Shown piece by piece: positions 45,796 through 54,952 of a DNA stretch of 64,000 nucleotides. Numbering within the stretch: position 1 is the first letter of the stretch; the number at the start of each line of letters is the position of its first letter. The position numbers were made by a program, and so were the translations under genes. Below the pieces are notes generated by a model. That model saw only the letters and a list, made by a program, of their open reading frames with translations. It made no database searches and was not told the DNA's origin. The stretch lies in IMG/VR virus record IMGVR_UViG_3300047319_001872, positions 186,001 through 250,000 of that record, one strand, 5' to 3'.

Positions 45796-47340
45796 TTAAT
45801 CAACGTAGAACTGATCGGTGATCGGCGTGAAGAGGGCCGAGTACCGGGCGACATTACTGATGCGGAATTCCTCGAGGTACGCTTGCGCGGGGGCAGTCGT
45901 CACGAAAGGGTTACCGCCGATTGACAACATCCCTGCGTTGTTGCCCCAGGTCTTGCCGGTCGCCGTCGCGGTGGCTTGCGGTACACCGTCCACGTAAAGC
46001 GTCCACACGCCTGCTTTACTGACCAGCGCGATATGTTGCCACTGATTGAGCACCAACTTGTTAGCGGCCACGGTGAGCGTCTGGCTCCCCGGCGTAATAG
46101 CGTCCTGATCCGCATAGACCACCAAGGTCCCGTCGCTATACATCTGAATGCGACCACCCGAGCTGGCGTTATCCGGCGCCTTCATGGCCAACACCTGGAC
46201 GGCGTTGTTCGCGAGCAGATACTGATCGAACTCGAGGGTGAAGTCCGAGGTGAGGCGCAGCTCAGCAGAGTCCGCCGTGGTCACGTTCGCACCTGCAGCC
46301 AACGCCGCCAGCGAAGAACCACCCCAGAGCGACTGTGCGGTGGAGATCGCAGCCGGTGCATTGGCGTTGAGGACCCGCGACGGATAGGCCTGGTCATGCA
46401 AAATGGTCGAGCCGTTGATGCCGTCAAAGCGCAACAGCATCGCGGTCTTCACCGGCGGCAAGAGGTCCGTATTCGCATACGGGTCGATGAGACCATAATG
46501 CAGGAACATGTAGCCCGAGTAGCCGAGCGAGTACGAGTTGTTCAGCTTGACAATCAGCACGTACTGGTAGGCCGGGTTGGGGGTACAAAGCGAGTCACCC
46601 AGCGGCACGAAGTCCGACACCAGTCCGTTGTACACCACCGAAGCACCTTGCAAACTGTACTGGGCGGCCGCAACGTTGGTCCAGTTGTTACCCGTCAGTG
46701 CTTTCAAATCCAGCGCGAGCTGCGTCAGGTCATTGCTCGAGGTATTGTAGTTCTGCAGATGCGCCTGGTACGGCGTCATGTCGCGGAAGTACGAATACAG
46801 CTCACCGAAGGGCTTACCCGCGTCGGTGTTCGGATACAAGAGACCCGAGAGCGTCGTGCCGGTGGCCACCGTGGCCAGATCGTAATTACCGGCCTGGAAC
46901 GGTAGCGTCACCGAACCAATCCAGCCCAACGAATTCGGCTGCGCAGTCAAGGTGACGGAACCCGAACCATCCGAGCCGATCACCAGCGCCGTGTTGTCGT
47001 TCAGGTCGCCTGCGACAAAGTTCAGACCGAAGTTCGCATTGAGCACGGCCCAGAAATCCGCGACCGTGGTCCAACCGTTGCCGAAGATCGGCTGGGGCAA
47101 GAGGATCGCCAGGTCCGCCAGATTCAGACGTCGATAGTAAATCGTTTGCGCGCCCTGGTACGGCGCATTGACGTCGTTGACCGTAATCAGCAGCGACGTG
47201 TTTTCAATTCCCTGGGGGTCCTGATAGACGACAGGATTGCTAAAGGTGTACTGACTGGGCACGAGTGTCACGCCCTTGTTCTGAGCCGCAATCGCAGTCA
47301 GAATCGCAGTCAGTGGTGCGGGATAAAGCGTTTGCGCCAT
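45796..47340 (-). CDS. Tail fibre/tip paralog, two-domain + C-terminal LamG
   Basis: YYRRLNL...MFLHYG...MLLRFDGINGST...LEEFRISNVARYS. Confidence 0.8.
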   Translation of the reverse strand: MAQTLYPAPLTAILTAIAAQNKGVTLVPSQYTFSNPVVYQDPQGIENTSLLITVNDVNAPYQGAQTIYYRRLNLADLAILLPQPIFGNGWTTVADFWAVLNANFGLNFVAGDLNDNTALVIGSDGSGSVTLTAQPNSLGWIGSVTLPFQAGNYDLATVATGTTLSGLLYPNTDAGKPFGELYSYFRDMTPYQAHLQNYNTSSNDLTQLALDLKALTGNNWTNVAAAQYSLQGASVVYNGLVSDFVPLGDSLCTPNPAYQYVLIVKLNNSYSLGYSGYMFLHYGLIDPYANTDLLPPVKTAMLLRFDGINGSTILHDQAYPSRVLNANAPAAISTAQSLWGGSSLAALAAGANVTTADSAELRLTSDFTLEFDQYLLANNAVQVLAMKAPDNASSGGRIQMYSDGTLVVYADQDAITPGSQTLTVAANKLVLNQWQHIALVSKAGVWTLYVDGVPQATATATGKTWGNNAGMLSIGGNPFVTTAPAQAYLEEFRISNVARYSALFTPITDQFYVD

Positions 47341-47348
47341 GACTAATC

Positions 47349-48179
47349 CTAGCTCTGGTTATAGTGGAAGAGCGCCGCGCCTACGTAGGTGCTACCCACC
47401 ACGTTTTTCTGAACCACGACCCGCTCAAAGTTGGTGTTCGCGCCAGGATACTTCGAAGTCGCGTAATCGGTCACCGTACTCGCTGCAGGGGTGGGCCAGT
47501 CGGTGTAGCCGAACTGTTTCTGGATCGCTGCTTTGAGCAACGCCAGATTACTCCAGGTACCGCTTGCACTCACGGCCAACGCATTGGCTGAAGCCGCGGT
47601 GCTGTAGAACGGCGACATATCGACATTCCACATCTGCATGCCGATGTCAAGCTTGTTAAGCGTCGGGTCAATCTTATCGTAGTTCTGTGTGTCCAAACTC
47701 ACACTGCGGATCACCGAAGAGAGCTCCGGCCAGATCCGGTGAAATTCCAACACCATCGAGCCAGTGTAGCCGAGTGAAGTCGGTTTGGCGATAATGTTGA
47801 TATTGACTGCGGCACCTTCATCGACGCGCGCAATATTAGTGTCAACAACGTCGGCCTGGGTGAAGTTCAACCCAAGGTACGCATTGACCGTGTCGAGCAT
47901 GTTGTACAGCGTATCGGCACCCACACTGCGCATGACTGGAATATAGTCGTAGGCTTGCGTGAGATTAATGCGCTGATACTTGAAATCCTGATAACCGTGA
48001 TACACTGTCCCCAGCACCCCAACTGTCGGGACGATAGAAGACTTGCCGTCCGAGGCACTCGGGTCCAGACGTGCGCCACCCAGATACAGGTTACTTTTCG
48101 TAACCGGTGTCGGAAGATGCGGATTTGCCTGATTAATGAGTGCCAACAGCCGGTCGGAAGCGACTGGCACAAAAGACAT
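47349..48179 (-). CDS. Tail fibre/tip paralog, two-domain
   Basis: LLALINQAN...KYQRINL...SLGYTGS...LFHYNQS. Confidence 0.8.
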   Translation of the reverse strand: MSFVPVASDRLLALINQANPHLPTPVTKSNLYLGGARLDPSASDGKSSIVPTVGVLGTVYHGYQDFKYQRINLTQAYDYIPVMRSVGADTLYNMLDTVNAYLGLNFTQADVVDTNIARVDEGAAVNINIIAKPTSLGYTGSMVLEFHRIWPELSSVIRSVSLDTQNYDKIDPTLNKLDIGMQMWNVDMSPFYSTAASANALAVSASGTWSNLALLKAAIQKQFGYTDWPTPAASTVTDYATSKYPGANTNFERVVVQKNVVGSTYVGAALFHYNQS

Positions 48180-48200
48180 ACGTACCCCTTAACGAATAAA

Positions 48201-48222
48201 GAGGGGACCCGAAGGTCCCCTC
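48201..48222 (-). terminator. UUCG hairpin terminator
   Basis: GAGGGGACC-CGAA-GGTCCCCTC. Confidence 0.8.
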
Positions 48223-48251
48223 TCGTTTTAGGTCTGAACCAACAAAACGAC

Positions 48252-48782
48252 TTAGGCCGGTTGGACGTACACGAGACCCGTGAGCGTCGGCGACGTAATG
48301 ACGCTCGACAGCGGGATGTCGTTGGACTTGAGCGTGAGGGTCATCACGCCTTCGTACACAACCGAATCCGCCGTGGCAGCGATCTGGAAGTTGTGCTCTT
48401 CGTTCGGCACACCGCCAGTGAAGGTCGGCAGCGGGCCGTCGGTGTAGTCAGCAGCCGTCAGGTTGATCTGGTATGCGGCGTTCACTTCCGGAATCATGTC
48501 CGAAATGTTCGCTGCATTGCCCAGCGCGTAGACGGTGCTGCGGGCGCCCGGAATCGTCGACAGGTTCACGCGGTTGTAGTTCACCACCACGCTGCCGGTG
48601 TAGCCCGAACCTGCTTGCGCCGACACGGTGATTTGCGTGTCCGGGTTCGGATTGGTGCCCGTCATGGCCGTCGGAATCCCGAAGGAGATGAGAGCAAGCG
48701 TCAGGGCACTGGCGTTGTCGTGGTTGATCTGGTCCAGAAGGACCTGATCAGGGTCTTTGGTAAAGTCAAGTTGCCATGCCAT
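48252..48782 (-). CDS. Tail fibre/tip paralog, single domain
   Basis: NYNRVNL; C-terminal IPLSSVITSPTLTGLVYVQP. Confidence 0.8.
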   Translation of the reverse strand: MAWQLDFTKDPDQVLLDQINHDNASALTLALISFGIPTAMTGTNPNPDTQITVSAQAGSGYTGSVVVNYNRVNLSTIPGARSTVYALGNAANISDMIPEVNAAYQINLTAADYTDGPLPTFTGGVPNEEHNFQIAATADSVVYEGVMTLTLKSNDIPLSSVITSPTLTGLVYVQPA

Positions 48783-48829
48783 TTTCGATACCTTCTGGAA
48801 GGTTAATGGGGTCGAAGAAAAAACACATT

Positions 48830-48859
48830 CGCATAGGATGCGCCAACTTTTACTGCTTA
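48830..48859 (-). promoter_or_regulatory. Candidate late promoter TAAGCAGTAAA-N7-GCATCCTATGCG
   Basis: Both blocks identical to 32695-32726. Confidence 0.55.
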
Positions 48860-49396
48860 CACAGGGGGCTGGACGTAGACCAGACCACTCAGCGTAGGAC
48901 GAACAATCACCGAACTTAAGGGAATTAAGGCCCCCGGTAATTGAACCTGGAACTCATAAGTCGAGTCCAGCCACGCTAAGGAATTGGCACCGCGCGCAGT
49001 CAGCTGGTAGGTGCTTTGTTCTTCGCTGTAGACTGTGTCTTCAACCTCGTCGGGCGTCAGATTAAGGCCCAACGCTTCGTTGATTACATCCAACGAAGCA
49101 TGAATGGAAAACGGAAATGCATCGATGACAACGGGCTTAACCCAACCTGCAGGCAGCAACGACAGTACGCTTAATGGTAGACGCCTGTAATGGATGTCCT
49201 CCGGCCCCACGTAGTCAGTCCCTGCTACCGGGGTCAGCGTCACCTGAGTATTCCGTCCCTGAGCATCTGTGTGCTCTTGGGGTAGTCCGTACGTGAAATC
49301 AACGTGCTCAACCCGATGCAAACCAGGATTGTAGACGTTAATCAAAGCGGTCAAACGATCGCTACTCAATCCACCGTAAGGCTTAGGTGTGGCCAT
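48857..49396 (-). CDS. Tail fibre/tip paralog, single domain
   Basis: LTALINVYN...HYRRLPL; C-terminal IPLSSVIVRPTLSGLVYVQP. Confidence 0.8.
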   Translation of the reverse strand: MATPKPYGGLSSDRLTALINVYNPGLHRVEHVDFTYGLPQEHTDAQGRNTQVTLTPVAGTDYVGPEDIHYRRLPLSVLSLLPAGWVKPVVIDAFPFSIHASLDVINEALGLNLTPDEVEDTVYSEEQSTYQLTARGANSLAWLDSTYEFQVQLPGALIPLSSVIVRPTLSGLVYVQPPV

Positions 49397-49466
49397 GGTG
49401 TTGGTCCCAAGATTGAATAATTAATCATAGAATTGACGATATTTTCTTACTGTACCGTGTCAGCGG

Positions 49467-49498
49467 CATAAAGGGAGAGCCGAAGCTCTCCCTTTATG
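49467..49498. terminator. Palindromic UUCG hairpin whose stem includes TTTATG on both arms
   Basis: CATAAAGGGAGAGC-CGAA-GCTCTCCCTTTATG perfect 14-bp inverted repeat. Confidence 0.8.
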
Positions 49499-49750
49499 TC
49501 AGGGTGTTAATGCACGCAACCCTTGATAGCCGTGGGTGTCTTCCTTAAAGCAGCGAAAGGGCTGACACACCTGGAGTACCGCGCCGTGTTCGAGATCGGC
49601 GACCAACAACCGAGCGAACTCTGCGAGCGGGATCAACGGCGTAGCCCGCGGCAAGTATGGTGCGATAAACCCAATGGTGCCAGCTGTTGCGGCAACTGCA
49701 ACGTAGACTAGCGCCCCCGTGAGGCCCGCTCGGACTAGTAGCTGTCGCAT
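49499..49750 (-). CDS. Small hypothetical membrane protein
   Basis: RBS AGGGGA; N-terminal hydrophobic segment. Confidence 0.5.
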   Translation of the reverse strand: MRQLLVRAGLTGALVYVAVAATAGTIGFIAPYLPRATPLIPLAEFARLLVADLEHGAVLQVCQPFRCFKEDTHGYQGLRALTP

Positions 49751-49788
49751 GGTCTTCCCCTCTAAAGCGTCGAAGCTCTCGTGCTCGA

Positions 49789-51150
49789 CTATGACGTCCC
49801 CTGAGACTGGCCTTGCGTAAAGATCGTCAGTGCAGTACGGGTCACGTGCCGCGCTACCGTCAAACCTGGGGCTGCCATTTGTACGGAGTGGTGAGCCTTC
49901 AGGAGAACCCCGTACATCTGTTCAATGGAATCATCGGACAGATACAGAATCCGCAGCATCATGCCAGGCACAATCAACGAGGGATCAGTGTGCTCCCACA
50001 CGAGACCCACGAGACCGCCATTGCGCTGAGCCAATGCCGAGTATTCCAGATAAGGATTGGCAGTGATGCGGTTAGGCGATACCTGCACATTATTCATGCC
50101 ATTGGGGCGCTGCACCGAGACAAATTCACTGTTGGTGGAACCGCGTGCCGCCAGTGTCTTATTGTCCTGGGTGTAGACAAAGCCCTCCATCATCTTGCTG
50201 GCGTCAGCAAAGCGCAGGCCGTTACCTTGCGAGAGCTGTTTGGAGTCCGAGTTATCCTGCGTCTTCACCGTGCCGGTAGCTAAGATGACGAGGTTGCTGC
50301 CATCCTGTCGGTAGGTGCGATCCAGGTTCGGGTACTTATTCTCCGGGATGATGATAATGGTCGCCTGAGAGAACGCCTGGCTATAGCGAGTCGGATCGTA
50401 AAGCGGATAGACATGCCAGAAACCGTCTTGCAAGTAGTAACCCATCCCGGCGCCGTACACTCCGCCACACTTCTCCTGCACGTACTTGGGCAGATTGACG
50501 AGCTTGGTGCCCTGCGGAATCACCAGGTGATCGCGCTTTGCGGTATTATCGGCCGCCACCATTTGCACACCCTGCACCGCTTGCGCCCCATTCACCATGA
50601 TGTTGCTGGACTGCTGGGTGAGCACGCCGGTGATGACATCTTGCGGCGTCATGTAGCGAAAGATGTTACCGTAGGTGCGCATGCGCAATTGCTCAAGCGC
50701 CTTATCCACCAACTGGAAGTTGATGTTTAAGAGCGAGACGCGATCCAGATCGTCTTCAGACACCACGTTCCGACCATTGCCGCTTAAGGTCGGATTACCC
50801 CGATCCACCAGCGTAGCCGTAAAACGCTGCTGCTGCACTTGCTGGGCGGTGTTGGTCGTGTCACCCGTTTCACTCAGCGGTGTCTTGATGATCGTGATGT
50901 CGAGATTGCTCTGATTGGGGTAGACCTGATACGCGTACTTGCCTGCCGGGATCAGGAGCTCCACCATGATCACGTCACCGTAGTTCAGCTCATAGTCCGC
51001 CTGGATGTCATAGGACACCAGCTTCAGCGGCACCAGATCGACGCCAGTGGCATTCAGGTGAATGATCGCAGACCACGCAAAGTGCACGGGATTGGGCGCA
51101 GCAGTGATCGCCTGCACCTCTTGATACAATCCCGATTGTTCCAGTTCCAT
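49789..51150 (-). CDS. phiKZ-like virion protein, probably baseplate-hub type (size/order like phiKZ gp101)
   Basis: 453 aa; GVYGAGMGYYLQ...VYPLYD; WEHTDPSLIVPGM; position in the conserved gp98-gp101-like block (recalled, not searched). Confidence 0.6.
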   Translation of the reverse strand: MELEQSGLYQEVQAITAAPNPVHFAWSAIIHLNATGVDLVPLKLVSYDIQADYELNYGDVIMVELLIPAGKYAYQVYPNQSNLDITIIKTPLSETGDTTNTAQQVQQQRFTATLVDRGNPTLSGNGRNVVSEDDLDRVSLLNINFQLVDKALEQLRMRTYGNIFRYMTPQDVITGVLTQQSSNIMVNGAQAVQGVQMVAADNTAKRDHLVIPQGTKLVNLPKYVQEKCGGVYGAGMGYYLQDGFWHVYPLYDPTRYSQAFSQATIIIIPENKYPNLDRTYRQDGSNLVILATGTVKTQDNSDSKQLSQGNGLRFADASKMMEGFVYTQDNKTLAARGSTNSEFVSVQRPNGMNNVQVSPNRITANPYLEYSALAQRNGGLVGLVWEHTDPSLIVPGMMLRILYLSDDSIEQMYGVLLKAHHSVQMAAPGLTVARHVTRTALTIFTQGQSQGTS

Positions 51151-51159
51151 AAGGGCTCC

Positions 51160-51846
51160 TTACTTCCATTTGTCGCTTAAGCCCGGCACGGGGACACGCT
51201 CACCACTCTTTTCCGGCAGCCTCTGTTGGGGCAACAGGCCGCGGTTCAAAGAGCCCGCCTGCAGGCGTCGGGCAAACACATCCGACATGTCCTGACGATC
51301 CGGAAACTGCTCGGCGAGTTTCTCCTCATCCGTGCGTGTGTCCTGGGGCTGGATCGAAGGCTTGGCGACGAACATGTTGCCTCGCGACACGCGCAGCGAG
51401 CTGGAGATATGACGCTGCAATACGTCTTCCATCCACTGGTTGGTGAACTGGTACTTGGCGTGCGAGTAGACGAGGTTGGCAAACTGATCCAGATCCACCA
51501 AGTCCTGCAAAGGGGCATCACCCGTATTGAGGCTCGACTCCAGGTGCTTCTTCCAGCCTTGCAGATGCAAACTGATGGCTTCGTAAATCTCCTTACAATC
51601 GTTGCGGTTCTTTACGTAGACATGCACGCCCGTCTTGGTGTACTCGACCATCCGCTCAATGGTGAGCATCCGGTCCACCAGCTCATTCGCCGTCGCACGA
51701 TCCCGATCCAGGTCGCCTGACTGGGGCGTGCCAAAATGCTTGATGTGCTCGACGGAGCGCGAGGCGTTAAACGGTACCCGACACCACCACAGCTTTTCAA
51801 AGATGTAGTAATCCGTGGTAAAGGTTTCGTTGATAACAATAGGCAT
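51160..51846 (-). CDS. Conserved phiKZ-like protein (position like phiKZ gp100)
   Basis: 228 aa; IYEAISLHLQGW...PLQDLVDLDQFANLVYSHA. Confidence 0.6.
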   Translation of the reverse strand: MPIVINETFTTDYYIFEKLWWCRVPFNASRSVEHIKHFGTPQSGDLDRDRATANELVDRMLTIERMVEYTKTGVHVYVKNRNDCKEIYEAISLHLQGWKKHLESSLNTGDAPLQDLVDLDQFANLVYSHAKYQFTNQWMEDVLQRHISSSLRVSRGNMFVAKPSIQPQDTRTDEEKLAEQFPDRQDMSDVFARRLQAGSLNRGLLPQQRLPEKSGERVPVPGLSDKWK

Positions 51847-51862
51847 GATGGGGCCATCCTTC

Positions 51863-53233
51863 TTATACCGCGCGGGTCGCTGCGTTAATCAGCACCAGCA
51901 CGACAGGGAGGTAGTAAAAACGCTCGAGTCCACCCCAGGCATGGTAGGTGTCACAGAACTGCAAGAGCAGCTTGCGATTGATCGCCTTACCTTGGAGGAA
52001 ATCTCGAACACACAGTTCTAGCTTGGACTGACCGTCCGGGTAGTTGTTGTAGAAGGCTTCCGAGAACACGTAGTAGTCGTCACACAACACTGGATTGATC
52101 AGTGGCGCATTGCCGTAGACTTGCAAGCCTTGCTCCTGCGACGGATCGAGCAGGTCTTTGAGCGTGCCCTTGCGGGATTGCACCGGACTCAGGGCAATCG
52201 TGCCGTCTGCGCTTTTGACAGCAGGCAAGGCAGCAAAGTCCACCGTAAGTTCCGGGTCGATCGGATACACCACCCGGCGGATACCCGAGTAATGAATCCC
52301 TTCCAGCATTGCATTGCGCGTGAAGAGGCAAGCAGGAACGAGCCCGGCGCGCTTGTTCACGAACTTCATCAGGTGATCATCCCGATTGACCAGCGCGTCC
52401 CAGATCGTGATCGACTTCATCACGTCGTCGTCATCACAGTTCAGGATACGGTTCTGACGGATCAGGTACGTGTCCCAGGTGGTGAAGAACTTCATCACCG
52501 CCTTCATGACAAAGTGATCGTACGTCGGCTCCGGCTGACCCGGCAGCACCAGGGTCTTGTACTCGTTGGAGGAGAACATCTTGAAGTACATCGTCACCAG
52601 GTCGCGGTAACGATCGCTGAGCTCATTCAGGTCATGCCAGTCCTCTTCCTGAATCAAGGGGTTCTGGCCATGAATCAGAAAGTCGCGCAGGAAGTACAGA
52701 TTCTGCACGGTCTTGCTGACCAAGTCGCTCATGCGCTCCTTGGTCGCTTCATCGACCAGGATGTACTCGATGTAATAGCAGGTGTCCTTGTAGATCGAAC
52801 GCTCTTCCGAGTGCGTGATCTGACAGATGCCTGCCCGACCATCGAGCAAGGTCACCACGAACATGTCACCTTCATTGGGCACCACGAACGGATACATGGT
52901 CGCGTTGCCGGTGACAGCCTGGGTCTTTTGGCTGTTGTCCTGCGTCGACTTCAGGTCCTGGCTGACCTTGATCTCCAGGTTTTGAATCCGACGGTACTGC
53001 TGATAGATCCCTTCCTTGTCGACCGACTGACCCGTGAGCGCATTGTCCTCATCGATCACTTGCGAGAAGTAATCGACCGTCCAGCTCATGCCCTCGATAT
53101 TCGTCAAGAGCGATTGCTGCGGGATGAGGGTCGTGTCGACCACCACGCCACGGTAGGCGGGTTTAGAGATCTGAATGGTGGCCGGAACAGGCGTCGCAAT
53201 CGGCGAGCTCGGCACTTCGTCAAAAACAGGCAT
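51863..53233 (-). CDS. phiKZ-like virion structural protein (position like gp99)
   Basis: 456 aa; LLTNIEGMSWTVDYFSQ, FVVPNEGDMFV, YVFSEAFY...GGLERFYYLPV. Confidence 0.65.
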   Translation of the reverse strand: MPVFDEVPSSPIATPVPATIQISKPAYRGVVVDTTLIPQQSLLTNIEGMSWTVDYFSQVIDEDNALTGQSVDKEGIYQQYRRIQNLEIKVSQDLKSTQDNSQKTQAVTGNATMYPFVVPNEGDMFVVTLLDGRAGICQITHSEERSIYKDTCYYIEYILVDEATKERMSDLVSKTVQNLYFLRDFLIHGQNPLIQEEDWHDLNELSDRYRDLVTMYFKMFSSNEYKTLVLPGQPEPTYDHFVMKAVMKFFTTWDTYLIRQNRILNCDDDDVMKSITIWDALVNRDDHLMKFVNKRAGLVPACLFTRNAMLEGIHYSGIRRVVYPIDPELTVDFAALPAVKSADGTIALSPVQSRKGTLKDLLDPSQEQGLQVYGNAPLINPVLCDDYYVFSEAFYNNYPDGQSKLELCVRDFLQGKAINRKLLLQFCDTYHAWGGLERFYYLPVVLVLINAATRAV

Positions 53234-53242
53234 GGTATTCCT

Positions 53243-54868
53243 TTAGCAAGAGCAGTCGTCACGCGAGTCAGCCGGAGCCAGGCCCGGCGCATAGCCCCAC
53301 GTCGCGGCATTGGTATTCACACCATCCACTGCGCGACCCGTCTGGATAAAGAGCGTGCCCACGTTCCATCCGGCTGGGGCGTTTTGCTGCGTCGCAGTCG
53401 CTCCATTGATGGCGTTGATCGCTTTCTCCAGACACGGCCAGGTGACCCAGGTGTCGCCCACAATACACGGCAGCAGTCCCCGACCTTTGAGTGTCGGATC
53501 AATCGCATCGAGGAGTTTGATGAGACAGGGCGCACAATCACGCAAACGATCCAGCGCAGCTCGCGGAATGAGGCGCAGGTTCTTTACCAGACTGACCCGC
53601 ACGTGATAGGTCTGACGCAGATCCATGTCAAACGTCGTCTTCACATTCAGGTCGGCATCGACCGTCAGCTTATCGGGGGTTTGGAGCAACTGACCCGTAT
53701 AGAGACTCACGTTAAAGATCGACTGCATCGGTTGCGTCATGTACGGCCACTCTTTTTCCAGACAGCACCGGATGTCCGGGTCCATCATGATGTCCCCACC
53801 GATATTATCCGTGAGGTTAAAGAGCGCGCGCGGATTCGCCGGATCGATCTTCACGAGCGCGGTCATCAAGCGCAGCGTATTCGGTACCACACTAAACGGG
53901 ATGAACTCGTCATAGGAGGGCACCTGATAGCCTTGACGCCGCTGCATGTAGTGCATCGGGCCACCAGTCTCGAAGTACGCAAACATCTTGGCCGAGAGCG
54001 CATAACGGCGCAGCTGGTTTTCGATCTGGTACATCGGTTGATCGGGCGGCTCCGGATGGTACTTGATCATCTGGTTGTGGACGATCAGCGGATACTGCAT
54101 CGCGCAGGCGTTCGGTTTGTCGTACTTAAACTTGTACGAAAAGCCAATGGTCCAGGTCGAGCCATCGTCTTCCTTGCTGCCTTGCTCAGGCTGGCCTTCC
54201 CAATCAAACCAACCCAGTACCCGGATCTGCGACTCCGCAATCCCCCAGCGACCATTGCGCCCTGCTTGGTCGGTTAAGAAGCGCGCCTTACTGGTACGGT
54301 TGTTCTTAAAGTAGGTCGCGAAATCCTCACCGTACCCGGCCACATTCTCACGCAGCCGATGAATCTCACCGAGCACCACAAACATCTCTTCGGGCACCAG
54401 GTAGTGATAGGCGATCTGGTGTACAAACTGCTCGCGACCCTGAGCGGTGCGGTTCTTGACCTCATCGCGCCAGCGCGTGGCCTGCTGCTTACTGCGTGCA
54501 CGGAACTTCACCGTCACGGTGGTGTCGCACGAACCGTACACCGGCTTGATCCCCACACCCAGAGCATCGTCACGAAAGATAAAGGGATTCTCCGGCCGCC
54601 ATACCGCCGACGAGAGCAAGCGGTCTTCCTGATACTGCTCATCCACTTCGATCGTCAGTTGCGAGGTGTACGCAAACTTCGTTGCTTCGGGATGCGTCGA
54701 GGTAATCGAGGAGCCATCTTGCATGGCGCGCTCAATGTCACCCGGATAGTTGATGCGGATGTCCTTCGGCAAGCCCGTACGCTGGATCATATCGCGCACG
54801 ATGTTGTACACCACCGGGCGCGTAATGCTCTCGTACGTCTCGTGAAGCTCCACCATGATTTTGGGCAT
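53243..54868 (-). CDS. phiKZ-like virion structural protein (position like gp98)
   Basis: 541 aa; ESITRPVV, YKFKYDKP, YPLIVHNQ. Confidence 0.65.
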   Translation of the reverse strand: MPKIMVELHETYESITRPVVYNIVRDMIQRTGLPKDIRINYPGDIERAMQDGSSITSTHPEATKFAYTSQLTIEVDEQYQEDRLLSSAVWRPENPFIFRDDALGVGIKPVYGSCDTTVTVKFRARSKQQATRWRDEVKNRTAQGREQFVHQIAYHYLVPEEMFVVLGEIHRLRENVAGYGEDFATYFKNNRTSKARFLTDQAGRNGRWGIAESQIRVLGWFDWEGQPEQGSKEDDGSTWTIGFSYKFKYDKPNACAMQYPLIVHNQMIKYHPEPPDQPMYQIENQLRRYALSAKMFAYFETGGPMHYMQRRQGYQVPSYDEFIPFSVVPNTLRLMTALVKIDPANPRALFNLTDNIGGDIMMDPDIRCCLEKEWPYMTQPMQSIFNVSLYTGQLLQTPDKLTVDADLNVKTTFDMDLRQTYHVRVSLVKNLRLIPRAALDRLRDCAPCLIKLLDAIDPTLKGRGLLPCIVGDTWVTWPCLEKAINAINGATATQQNAPAGWNVGTLFIQTGRAVDGVNTNAATWGYAPGLAPADSRDDCSC

Positions 54869-54911
54869 TTCTGTTCCCCGGCTATAATTTCATCATAGGA
54901 TCGGCGTCATA

Positions 54912-54935
54912 GAGGCAGGACCGAAGTCCTGCCTC
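54912..54935 (-). terminator. UUCG hairpin with TATG tails on both sides
   Basis: GAGGCAGGAC-CGAA-GTCCTGCCTC; CATA at 54908, TATG at about 54939. Confidence 0.75.
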
Positions 54936-54952
54936 CATTATGCCCTTGGGGC

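Noticed and set aside
30921-47340. Diversity-generating retroelement or invertible cassette acting on the LamG tips
   Set aside because: The LamG C-termini are similar only at protein level. I saw no near-identical TR/VR pair differing at adenines, no reverse transcriptase and no invertase in the window.
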